From assembly GCA_022778905.1 (NCBI GenBank), contig JALFRV010000083.1, positions 1 through 61,144 on the forward strand: DNA of 61,144 bases. The letters run 5' to 3'. This document shows, in pieces, positions 11,701 to 20,898 of the stretch (position 1 is its first letter; each line of letters starts with the position of its first letter). The DNA comes from Prevotella sp. (GTDB lineage Bacteria > Bacteroidota > Bacteroidia > Bacteroidales > Bacteroidaceae). The notes below the pieces were generated by a model. The model worked only from the letters and a program-made list of their open reading frames with translations, was not told the DNA's origin and did not search any database. The translations under genes were made by a program, and so were the position numbers.

Positions 11701-12289
11701 AGTTTACGACTCGGAAGGACAGGCCGTCACTTCAAATCCACGGGATCTTGCTGCCATCGTCTATGCAGGCACCACGGAGCCCGTGAATATGGCCTCTCTG
11801 AATCTGAATCTTGCCTATAAAAGCTTCGATTTCTCCATGCTCTGGGTCTACCGGGGAGGACATAAAATGCGCAATACGGATATTCCCATGCTCGGCTGCA
11901 GCTATAACAGCGCCATGATGAGTTACATTGCGACGATCGCACCTGTCAACAGTGGCATCAGCAGCCGATGGCTCCAAAGCGGTGACGAGACCGCGACCAG
12001 CGTGCCGCGTGCAGTTTTCGGCGAGAGTAACCTGTTCTCCGGCGACAGCTATGACATCTACCGCTATGCGGACATCAATGTCGTGGATGCCACGAATGTC
12101 CGTCTGGCCAACGTGTCCGTTGCCTGGAATCTGCCCTCAAGATGGCTGCGCGGCATCCGAATCAATGCTGCACGCCTGCAACTCAACGTGGAGAATGCGG
12201 CTACCTTTACGAAGAACAGGGCAGCTAAATATCTGCTCAACGGATATGAAGCACCGAATTATACGCTCGGACTGTATGTGAAACTCTAA
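8783..12289 (+). CDS. SusC/RagA family TonB-dependent transporter with N-terminal signalling (STN-like) extension
   Basis: Signal peptide, STN-like domain, carboxypeptidase-regulatory-like domain, VVVTGYQ, plug PLYVIDG / [41 protein letters not shown]. Confidence 0.95.
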   Translation: [1168 protein letters not shown]

Positions 12290-12303
12290 AAAACGAAAAC
12301 AGA

Positions 12304-13704
12304 ATGAAAGCAATACATTTTTTCTGCATCATATTGACCAATCTGATGATTGTTTCATGCAATGACTTCTTGGACAACTTACCTAAAGGAGAGAAGATCC
12401 CGACCACACTTGCAGATTTTACGGAACTGATGTCTGACGAATACACAAACTGCCGCGAGGACGTCTCACAAACCGTTCTCCTGCTCAATGACAGGTTTGA
12501 GAGCCAAAGCAACCTTAACTATTACCCGCTCTATCGGGCCAACTACCTGTGGGATACCACCATTGACCGGCTGGCTGCAAACAAGAGCGACGAAGCTACT
12601 TACTACAACAGCTATGCCGCCATATCGACTGCAAACCTCATTATCGAACACGCCGAAAGCGCTGCCGATGCCACCACGGCCGAGCGGAAAGAAGCCATAG
12701 CCCAGGCAAAGATACTCCGGGCCATGAAGTATTTCACGCTTATCAACTACTACAGCAAGACTTATGATGCTTCGACGGCAGCTGATGACGGCGGTGTCCC
12801 TTACATCACAAGCGCCGAAGTGGGTGCTGCCTGGACACAGGAAAGCGTGCAGGACATCTACAATCATATCTTGGACGATATTCGCACGGCTCTTCCTGAC
12901 CTGCCGGAGAAATCCCGCAACGTGCTCTATGCGGACAAGGCTGCCGGCTATGCACTGGCTGCGCGTGTCGCACTGCAGATGAACAACTATACCGATGCAC
13001 TCGCCAACGCGCAGGAAGCACTTGCCCGGAACAGCCAACTCTTCGATTGGGTAGCCTTCTATCGGACCAACAGCGACATCTTGGGCAATGCTGCTGTCTA
13101 TCAGACCGTACCGTCTCCCATGGGATTCAATTATGTCGAGAACTACAACTTCTGCCATGGCAGCGCGAGTTATCAGACGTCCGACAGCCGTCTCCGCGTG
13201 GATCGGGCAGCCCGATTTGAGCAAGGGGATGCCGCATTCATGAGCCGCTGGAAACGCAGGACTGTGGGCAACGATACCTATTATTATGCAAACCTGAACG
13301 GATATTTCAACAAAGGCGGTCTCACGACTACGGAAATTTATCTCATCAAGGCAGAATGCTTAGCCCGAAAAGGCAACATTGCCGAAGCCATGGATGTGCT
13401 GAACACTGTCCGCAAATCACGCATCTTGCCTGAAGAATATCTGAATCTGACAGCTGAAAATGCAACTGACGCCATCCGGAAGATCCGCGACGTCAAGGCG
13501 GACGCACTCATCCTGACGATCGTTCCCTTCTGCGACGCGCGCCGAATGAACCTTGAGCGCGACTTTGCCCGCACATTCACAAAGACCGAAAATGGCCAAA
13601 ACTGCACACTCACGCCTGACAGCTATCTCTGGACCATGCCATTCCCGCAAGGCGCAATGACCAATCCCGGCAACGGAAAACTAACGCAGAACGTGCAAAA
13701 ATAA
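12304..13704 (+). CDS. SusD/RagB family lipoprotein
   Basis: Lipobox IVSCNDFLD, AQAKILRAMKYFTLINYY, GVPYIT, EIYLIKAECLAR; directly after susC. Confidence 0.93.
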   Translation: MKAIHFFCIILTNLMIVSCNDFLDNLPKGEKIPTTLADFTELMSDEYTNCREDVSQTVLLLNDRFESQSNLNYYPLYRANYLWDTTIDRLAANKSDEATYYNSYAAISTANLIIEHAESAADATTAERKEAIAQAKILRAMKYFTLINYYSKTYDASTAADDGGVPYITSAEVGAAWTQESVQDIYNHILDDIRTALPDLPEKSRNVLYADKAAGYALAARVALQMNNYTDALANAQEALARNSQLFDWVAFYRTNSDILGNAAVYQTVPSPMGFNYVENYNFCHGSASYQTSDSRLRVDRAARFEQGDAAFMSRWKRRTVGNDTYYYANLNGYFNKGGLTTTEIYLIKAECLARKGNIAEAMDVLNTVRKSRILPEEYLNLTAENATDAIRKIRDVKADALILTIVPFCDARRMNLERDFARTFTKTENGQNCTLTPDSYLWTMPFPQGAMTNPGNGKLTQNVQK

Positions 13705-13741
13705 TCCTCCTGAAAAAACATTTATATAAAATATCCTATCT

Positions 13742-14872
13742 ATGAAGAAACTATTGACGGCCCTCATGATGTCTCTGCCGCTGGCATCCATGGCCCAAGG
13801 GTACACCGTAACAGGACATATCGGCGGAATGGAAGATGGAGATACCATTCAGATTTATGAGATCGGGCACGGCATCAGTAAACCTTTTGCCGAGACGATC
13901 GTACAGAACGGGCTGTTCGTGTTCAAGGGCAGCCAGGCCGATCCACGAGGTGTATACATCGTACGGAAAAACAGTTATGGGAGCTATCGGTTTATCCTCG
14001 ACAACCATGACATCCGTCTGACCGGTAAGGCCCAAGTGAGTGAAACCGGCGGAGCCCGCAACTACGATTACGAAGTCACCACGACGGGCAGTGAACTGAC
14101 CGATGCTTTCCACCGAAAAATGAAAGTGAGGGATGAGCTGGATGCACATTACAAGAAATATCACGATGACTTTAAGGATGTCCAGAATGCCCTGACGAAA
14201 GCCGGGAAAGACACTGCCGAGATCAGAAGGATAAAGTCCGGAGAACGTTATCGTGCTTTCTCCGCAGCAGAGAAGAACTTCTTTGAAACGGTCAATGCCC
14301 GTTACGACAGCCTCTACCGTGCCAATGCGGACTCCTGGTGGGGACCTTTCCTGATTGAAGCCACGATGAATTACCTCACCCCAGACAGCAAACCGCTCTA
14401 TGAGATGCTGTCCGAAGAAGCCCGGGAAAGCCACTACGGCAAGATGATCCGGGATGAGATCTTCCCGGAGTCGGGGCGTGGAAAGCCCGTTGCGGACTTC
14501 TCCTTGAAAGACGGAAAGACGCTCAAGGGCATCGCCGCCGGACATCCGTATATCATTCTCGATTTCTGGGCAAGCTGGTGCGCGCCCTGCCGCGCCGAGA
14601 TCCCCAATCTGAAGCAGCTCTATGAGCTGTATTCCCCGAAAGGCCTTCAGATCGTCAGCATCTCGATCGACAGGAATAAGGCAGCCTGGGAAAAGGCCTG
14701 CAGCGAAGAAAAACTACCTTGGTTGAGCTACTTGGATGACGGTTTGATCGCCGATCTGTATAAGGTACAGTTCGTCCCAGCTATGTTCCTCATTGACCGT
14801 CAGGGAAATCTCGTACAGGAAAATATCCGCGGAAAGGCACTCGCTGACAAACTGAACGAACTCTTCAAATAA
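13742..14872 (+). CDS. TlpA-family disulfide reductase with DUF4369
   Basis: Signal peptide; LDFWASWCAPCRAEIPNLK; VP.MFLIDRQG. Confidence 0.92.
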   Translation: MKKLLTALMMSLPLASMAQGYTVTGHIGGMEDGDTIQIYEIGHGISKPFAETIVQNGLFVFKGSQADPRGVYIVRKNSYGSYRFILDNHDIRLTGKAQVSETGGARNYDYEVTTTGSELTDAFHRKMKVRDELDAHYKKYHDDFKDVQNALTKAGKDTAEIRRIKSGERYRAFSAAEKNFFETVNARYDSLYRANADSWWGPFLIEATMNYLTPDSKPLYEMLSEEARESHYGKMIRDEIFPESGRGKPVADFSLKDGKTLKGIAAGHPYIILDFWASWCAPCRAEIPNLKQLYELYSPKGLQIVSISIDRNKAAWEKACSEEKLPWLSYLDDGLIADLYKVQFVPAMFLIDRQGNLVQENIRGKALADKLNELFK

Positions 14873-14916
14873 GAAGATTTAACAAGCAACGGAGGGTTTT
14901 AATGGAATATAATGCC

Positions 14917-14924
14917 TATCTTTG
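14917..14924 (+). promoter_or_regulatory. Sigma-A -7 box
   Basis: TATCTTTG, 24 nt upstream of ATG 14949. Confidence 0.55.
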
Positions 14925-14948
14925 CCCCAGACATAAGACAAATTGAAC

Positions 14949-15407
14949 ATGAAGAAAACATTGTTGACGGCGCTGCTCATGATGACTGTCATGCTGGCAG
15001 GCGCACAATCGATGAACCCCGTGCAGTTCAAGGCGGAGCTGAAGAAGATCAGTGCCACCGAGGCGGAGATCGTCTTCACGGGCAAGATCGCACAGGGATG
15101 GCATGTCTATTCGACCAATCTCGGGAACGAAGGGCCGATTTCGGCCACGTTCAACGTCGACAAGAAGGACGGAGTGGTGCTCGTCGGCACGCTGAAAGGC
15201 GTGGGCAAGGAGATCAACAAGTTTGACCAGCTCTTCGGCATGCAGCTCCGTTTCTTTGAGAATGACGTGCAGTTTGTCCAGAAGGTGAAACTGACGAAGA
15301 AGGCTTTCGCCATCAGCGGCTACTTGGAATATGGCGCTTGCAACGACGAGACCTGTCTTCCGCCGACTCAGGTAGCGTTCAATTACAAGGCCGAAGCAGG
15401 CAGATAA
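14949..15407 (+). CDS. Stand-alone DsbD N-terminal (alpha) domain protein
   Basis: Signal peptide, GWHVYSTNLG..GPISATF, YGACNDETCLPP; collinear paralog of the N-terminus of 16641..18707. Confidence 0.85.
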   Translation: MKKTLLTALLMMTVMLAGAQSMNPVQFKAELKKISATEAEIVFTGKIAQGWHVYSTNLGNEGPISATFNVDKKDGVVLVGTLKGVGKEINKFDQLFGMQLRFFENDVQFVQKVKLTKKAFAISGYLEYGACNDETCLPPTQVAFNYKAEAGR

Positions 15408-15518
15408 GCGCTGCAGACGATGACGACGGCCCGCCCTCACCTGACCTTCCGCCAACTGACGGACACGATGCAGGCACGAGGGACGAGACACGACGGCGAC
15501 CGAAGGCGCAGCTGAACG

Positions 15519-16439
15519 ATGAGCGAACAGGTCAAGGGCTATATATTGGGCGCATTGGCAGCGGTCTTCTATGGCATGAATCCGCTCTTCGCCCTGCCCA
15601 TGCTCCATGCGGGCATGGATGCTTACAGCGTGCTGTTTCTGCGCTATCTGATCGCCATTCCGATCCTCGCGACCATCATGACGGTGCGCGGACGAGGCTT
15701 CGGACTGCGACACGGGCAGTGGATACCGCTGATCCTGATGGGCGTGCTGATGGCTGCCTCGTCGCTGACGCTATACTTATCCTACGCCTATATCGGTGCG
15801 GCGATCGCCTCTACGCTGCTTTTCGTCTATCCGATCATGGTCACCGTGATCATGTCGGTATGCTACCATGAGCGCGTGAAGCTGCTGACGGTAGTCTGCA
15901 TGGTGCTGACCTGCGGCGGCATCGCCCTGCTCTATCGGGGCGACGACGGGGCTGCGCTCTCGACGACGGGGCTGCTTCTCGTGTTCATCTCGGCCCTCAC
16001 CTACGCGGTCTACTTAGTCGGGGTGAGCCGACCTGCACTGAAAGAGATCCCCACACTCAAGATGACGCTCTACGTGATCATCTTCGGGGCCATCATCTAT
16101 GCCACCTGCCTCAACGCCTCCTCATTCGCAGCGGTCGAACACAGTCCGCATCTCTGGCTCTATGCAGCAGGCATGGCGCTCTTCCCGACGGCCATCTCAC
16201 TGCTCTGCACGAGTGCCGCCATCCTCCGGATCGGCTCCACTCCGGTGGCCATCCTCGGCGCCTTGGAGCCGGTGACGGCCGTTGCCTTCGCCGTATTGCT
16301 CTTCCATGAAGTGCTGACCGTGCGCTTGGCCATCGGCATGACATTGGTCATCCTCGCCGTGACGCTCATCATTGCCGGCGGCAGACTGACCGTGATCCTG
16401 CTGCGGGTGCGCAAGGTCTTTCCCCGCATCCATCGCTGA
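15519..16439 (+). CDS. EamA/DMT family transporter
   Basis: About 10 hydrophobic segments; IGAAIASTLLFVYP and IGSTPVAILGALEPVTA repeats. Confidence 0.9.
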   Translation: MSEQVKGYILGALAAVFYGMNPLFALPMLHAGMDAYSVLFLRYLIAIPILATIMTVRGRGFGLRHGQWIPLILMGVLMAASSLTLYLSYAYIGAAIASTLLFVYPIMVTVIMSVCYHERVKLLTVVCMVLTCGGIALLYRGDDGAALSTTGLLLVFISALTYAVYLVGVSRPALKEIPTLKMTLYVIIFGAIIYATCLNASSFAAVEHSPHLWLYAAGMALFPTAISLLCTSAAILRIGSTPVAILGALEPVTAVAFAVLLFHEVLTVRLAIGMTLVILAVTLIIAGGRLTVILLRVRKVFPRIHR

Positions 16440-16640
16440 GCGACCGCCGCGGAAGGCTTCCGGAAAACCTGAACGCTAACCTTGAATCATACGGAAAAAC
16501 ACACCGGTCAGGGCGGACTATGCTTGACAAATGTAAAGAGGTAGGTTAAAGATCTTAAAATTTATAGGGGTCGCAGTAACCAATTTGTATTGTAAAGCGT
16601 ATAAACTACAGAAAAATAACTATAAGAGAGTGCTTACAAC

Positions 16641-18707
16641 ATGAAAAAAACAATGACATTGGCTTTGCTGCTGATCACAGCAATGCTGGCAAATGCCCAA
16701 ATGCTGAATCCCGTGAAGTTCACTTCACAACTGAAAACCGGCAGTTCCGCTGAAGCGGAAATCATTTTCAGCGGCAAGATTGAAAACGGATGGCACGTCT
16801 ACTCCACCAACCTCGGCAGTGACGGACCGATCTCCGCAACCTTCAACGTCAACAAGTTGGACGGCGTGGAATTAGTTGGGAAGCTCACGCCCAAGGGCCA
16901 TGAGATCTCCCAATATGACAACCTCTTCGGCATGAAGCTCCGTTTCTTCGAAGGAAGCGTGCAGTTTGTGCAGAAGGTAAAGTTCACCAAGCCCAACTAC
17001 ACCATTGATGCCTATTTGGAATATGGTGCCTGTAACGACCAGAACTGCTTGCCGCCGACCAGCGTAGAGATCAGTAAGTCAGGCAAATCACCGGCGTTCG
17101 AGGCTGCCAAGGCAGACGAGACCGGCAAGCAGGACCCTGCTGCGCTGGCTGCTGCAGCCAAAGCCAAGGCCGACTCCATTGCCGCCCTCACCGGCGACAC
17201 GGCTAATGTCGCTGCCGCAGACACCGTTTCCGCGCCCGTCGAGATGTCCGCCGACGAGCAGCAACAGCTATGGAAGCCCGTCGTCAAAGAGCTGCAGGCA
17301 TTGGGCGGAACCAATGATCTGACCAAGAGCTCCTGGCTCTATCTGCTCCTCATGGGATTCATCGGCGGTCTCCTCGCGCTTGTCATGCCTTGCATTTGGC
17401 CCATCATTCCGATGACCGTAAGCTTCTTCCTGAAGCGCTCCAAGGATGATAAGAAGAAAGGTATACGCGATGCCGTCACCTACGGCGTATCCATCATCGT
17501 GATCTTCCTCGCGCTCGGACTCGGCGTGACCGCCATCTTCGGCCCGAGCAAACTCAACGAACTGTCCACCAATGCGGTGTTCAACGTCTTCCTGTTCCTG
17601 CTCCTTGTCGTCTTCGCACTGTCCTTCTTCGGATGGTTCGAGATCAAGCTGCCGGACAAATGGGCAAACTCCGTCGACAACAAAGCATCCAACACGAGCG
17701 GCCTCCTGTCCATCTTCCTCATGGCATTCACCCTTGTGTTAGTGTCATTCTCATGCACTGCGCCCATCATAGGACTGCTATTGGTCGAGACGGTGACCTC
17801 CGGAAACTGGATCGGGCCTGCTGTCGGCATGTTCGGATTTGCACTCGCGCTCGCCGTACCATTCACCTTGTTCGCCCTCTTCCCCACGCTGATGAAGAAA
17901 TCTCCGAAGTCCGGAACCTGGATGAACACCATCAAGGTGGTCCTCGGCTTTGTCGAGCTTGCCTTTGCGCTTAAGTTTCTCTCGGTCGCAGACCTCGCTT
18001 ACGGCTGGCATATACTCGACCGCGAGACGTTCCTGTCACTTTGGATCGTCATCTTTGGTGCACTCGGCGCTTACTTAGTGGGCTGGCTGAAGTTCCAGAG
18101 CGATGCGATCGGCGGCGAACTCAACAAGCCCATGCCCGTTGCAGCCATCATGCTGGGTCTCTGCTCCATCGCTTTCGCCATCTATATGATACCCGGTCTG
18201 TGGGGCGCACCATGCAAGGCTGTCAGCGCCTTCGCACCTCCCATCACGACGCAGGACTTCAATCTGAACACGAAAGTGGTCACCGCCAAGTACCACGACT
18301 ATGAAGAGGGCATGGCAGCAGCCAAAGCTCAAGGCAAGCCGGTACTCATCGACTTCACCGGCTTCGGATGTGTCAACTGCCGGAAGATGGAAGCTTCCGT
18401 CTGGACAGACCCGCGCGTGGCCGACAAGCTGAACAAGGACTATGTCCTGATCTCACTCTTCGTCGACGACAAGACACCGCTCCCAGAGCCGATGGTGGTA
18501 TCTCAGAACGGACAGAAGCGCACGCTCCGCACGGTCGGAGACAAGTGGAGCTACCTCCAGAGCAGTAAGTTCGGTGCCAACGCACAGCCTTTCTACGTCG
18601 AAGTGGACAACGAAGGCAACCCGCTCAACGGCGCTTACAGCTACAAGGAAGATATCCCCGGATATATCGATTTCCTCGACAAGGGACTCGCCAACTATCG
18701 TAAATAA
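16641..18707 (+). CDS. dsbD: Thiol:disulfide interchange protein DsbD
   Basis: Alpha domain ACNDQNCLPP; TM domain MPCIWPIIP and SFSCTAPIIG; thioredoxin domain FTGFGCVNCRKME. Confidence 0.93.
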   Translation: MKKTMTLALLLITAMLANAQMLNPVKFTSQLKTGSSAEAEIIFSGKIENGWHVYSTNLGSDGPISATFNVNKLDGVELVGKLTPKGHEISQYDNLFGMKLRFFEGSVQFVQKVKFTKPNYTIDAYLEYGACNDQNCLPPTSVEISKSGKSPAFEAAKADETGKQDPAALAAAAKAKADSIAALTGDTANVAAADTVSAPVEMSADEQQQLWKPVVKELQALGGTNDLTKSSWLYLLLMGFIGGLLALVMPCIWPIIPMTVSFFLKRSKDDKKKGIRDAVTYGVSIIVIFLALGLGVTAIFGPSKLNELSTNAVFNVFLFLLLVVFALSFFGWFEIKLPDKWANSVDNKASNTSGLLSIFLMAFTLVLVSFSCTAPIIGLLLVETVTSGNWIGPAVGMFGFALALAVPFTLFALFPTLMKKSPKSGTWMNTIKVVLGFVELAFALKFLSVADLAYGWHILDRETFLSLWIVIFGALGAYLVGWLKFQSDAIGGELNKPMPVAAIMLGLCSIAFAIYMIPGLWGAPCKAVSAFAPPITTQDFNLNTKVVTAKYHDYEEGMAAAKAQGKPVLIDFTGFGCVNCRKMEASVWTDPRVADKLNKDYVLISLFVDDKTPLPEPMVVSQNGQKRTLRTVGDKWSYLQSSKFGANAQPFYVEVDNEGNPLNGAYSYKEDIPGYIDFLDKGLANYRK

Positions 18708-18712
18708 AACGG

Positions 18713-18755
18713 AAAGCCCGGTTGTGCCTCGGTCATGAGGTGCAGCTGGGCTTTT
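18713..18755 (+). terminator. Rho-independent terminator after dsbD
   Basis: AAAGCCCGGTTGTGCCTC-loop-GAGGTGCAGCTGGGCTTTT. Confidence 0.7.
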
Positions 18756-18792
18756 CTCAAATCATATTTGATGTTTAAGGAGACCAGAAATC

Positions 18793-20085
18793 ATGTTAGA
18801 AAAACACATTCGTCAGCAGATCATTGACTTGATCCATCAGCAGGTGGTGCCTGCTGTTGGCTGTACGGAACCTATGGCCGTGGCGCTCTGCACGTCACGC
18901 GCGGCCGAGATATTAGCCAAACGGCCTGAAAAGATCGAGCTTCAGCTCAGTGCCAACATACTGAAAAACGCCATGGGCGTAGGCATTCCGGGAACCGGAA
19001 TGATCGGTCTGCCGATCGCGGTGGCCTTGGGTGCGCTCATCGGAAAGTCCGAATACCAGCTCGAGGTCATCAAGGATCTCACGCCGGAAGCCTTGGAAGA
19101 AGGCAAGAAATATATCGCCGAAGACCGCATTGACATCAGTCTGAAGGACGGGATCACCGAAAAACTGTATATCGAAGTGACCTGCCGGAGCGGAGAGGAC
19201 ACCGCTACGGCCATCATAGCCGGATCACACACCCGCTTCATCTATGAGGAACAGAACGGGCAGGTGATGTTCGACGCGCGCGAAAAGACATCAAGCGAAC
19301 GGACCAAAAAAGCCATCGATCTCAACCTCAGAATGGTTTACGATTTCGCAACCACGACACCCGTCGACGAGATACGCTTCATCCTCTCGACCCGCGACTA
19401 TAATCTCCGCGCCGCAGAAGAGTCTCTGAAAGGCAATTACGGCCACTGTCTCGGCAAGACAATGGACCGCCCGCTGAGCCATGGCATATTCGGGAACACC
19501 ATATATTCACGCATCATCTCGAAGACGGCAAGTGCCTGCGACGCCCGCATGGGCGGGGCGATGATCCCGGTGATGAGCAATTCGGGCTCCGGAAACCAGG
19601 GCATCTGCGCCACGAACCCTGTTGCGATCTATGCAAAGGAAAACGAAAACACGGAGGAAGAACTCATCCGCGGCCTCACGATGAGCCATCTGACGGCCAT
19701 ATACATCAAGCAGAGCCTCGGCACACTGAGCGCCTTGTGCGGCTGCGTGGTAGCCAGCATCGGTTCAAGTTGCGGCATTGTCTATCTCATGGGAGGCAGC
19801 TACGAGCAGATCACGCATGCAGTGAAGAATATGATTGCCAACCTTTCGGGTATGATATGTGACGGAGCAAAGCCCAGCTGCGCCCTCAAGATCAGCTCGG
19901 GCGTATCGACCGCCATGCTCTCCGCGCTGCTCGCGATGGAGGGGAAGCATGTGACGGCGGCCGAAGGCATCGTCGATGAAGACGTGGACCGCAGCATCCG
20001 CAACCTGACGAGCATCGGCAAGGACGCCATGTGTGCCACAGACAGCATGATCCTCGACATCATGACCCACAAGGGTAGCTGCTGA
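18793..20085 (+). CDS. YhaM/CyuA-family L-cysteine desulfidase (serine dehydratase alpha-like)
   Basis: PAVGCTEP, MGVGIPGTG, DARMGG, MSNSGSGNQG, LSALCGC, GMICDGAKPSCALK. Confidence 0.85.
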   Translation: MLEKHIRQQIIDLIHQQVVPAVGCTEPMAVALCTSRAAEILAKRPEKIELQLSANILKNAMGVGIPGTGMIGLPIAVALGALIGKSEYQLEVIKDLTPEALEEGKKYIAEDRIDISLKDGITEKLYIEVTCRSGEDTATAIIAGSHTRFIYEEQNGQVMFDAREKTSSERTKKAIDLNLRMVYDFATTTPVDEIRFILSTRDYNLRAAEESLKGNYGHCLGKTMDRPLSHGIFGNTIYSRIISKTASACDARMGGAMIPVMSNSGSGNQGICATNPVAIYAKENENTEEELIRGLTMSHLTAIYIKQSLGTLSALCGCVVASIGSSCGIVYLMGGSYEQITHAVKNMIANLSGMICDGAKPSCALKISSGVSTAMLSALLAMEGKHVTAAEGIVDEDVDRSIRNLTSIGKDAMCATDSMILDIMTHKGSC

Positions 20086-20449
20086 GCTCGACCAAATTAC
20101 CATCCGGATCGCGCAGGTAGAAGCTGCGCACCGGACCCATAGCACCGTGCCGCGCCACAATCCCGGGATGCAGCACGGTGCCTCCTTTTGCAAGGATCTC
20201 TGCCCGGGCAGCCTCCAAACTGCCTTCGATCACAAGGCAGAAGTCCTGCGATCCGTATTCCGGGCAGTCGGCGGCTGGCTGAAACTGGCCTTTTGCCGTG
20301 TGCAGATTGATCTTCTGCCGACCGAAGATGAGCGCGTGATGCCCGTTGTTCACCACGTGCTCCATGCCTAAGAGGTCCACATAGAAGTGCAGCGTGGCCG
20401 TCAGATCCTGTACGGTCAGCACAAAATGGTCAATGTTTCTGATCTTCAT
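20060..20449 (-). CDS. VOC (glyoxalase-like) family protein
   Basis: IDHFVLTVQDL...FYVDLLGM, QKINLH, YLRDPDGNLVELS; 3' end overlaps the convergent gene by 26 bp. Confidence 0.9.
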   Translation of the reverse strand: MKIRNIDHFVLTVQDLTATLHFYVDLLGMEHVVNNGHHALIFGRQKINLHTAKGQFQPAADCPEYGSQDFCLVIEGSLEAARAEILAKGGTVLHPGIVARHGAMGPVRSFYLRDPDGNLVELSSYPCGS

Positions 20450-20600
20450 TTTTAATGTTTTTGAATATTCATTTAATGCCTATCCACTCCATTTTCCTCT
20501 TTTCTTGAAAACGGAGAATCCTATGTTTGCCGCAGTTCAAGGACATTCCTCTCCTACCAGAGAGGCCGGGGGAGGCTTCCCCTCCTTCTTTTTTCCCGTT

Positions 20601-20888
20601 TCATCTTTGCGGGATATAGCTCTTCAACGCCTCGACATAGTCCTCGAAAGCCTTGAGACCGGTGTCGGTGACGCGGCAGATGGTCTGCGGACGCTTGCCC
20701 CGAAAGGTTTTCTCCACGGCGATATAGCCAGCCTTCTCCAATTTGTCGACCTGCACACTGAGGTTTCCCGCCGTGGCTCCTGTGTGCTCGCGGATGTAGG
20801 TGAAGTCGGCTTCGTCGACGCCGATGAGCAGTGACATCACCGCTAAACGCAGTTCGCTGTGCAGCAAGGGATCCAATGGTCTGAACAT
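20601..20888 (-). CDS. Winged-helix transcriptional regulator
   Basis: LDPLLHSELRLAVMSLL...ATAGNLSVQVDKLEKAGYI.VEK.F.GKRP.T. Confidence 0.88.
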   Translation of the reverse strand: MFRPLDPLLHSELRLAVMSLLIGVDEADFTYIREHTGATAGNLSVQVDKLEKAGYIAVEKTFRGKRPQTICRVTDTGLKAFEDYVEALKSYIPQR

Positions 20889-20898
20889 AGATGCCTCC

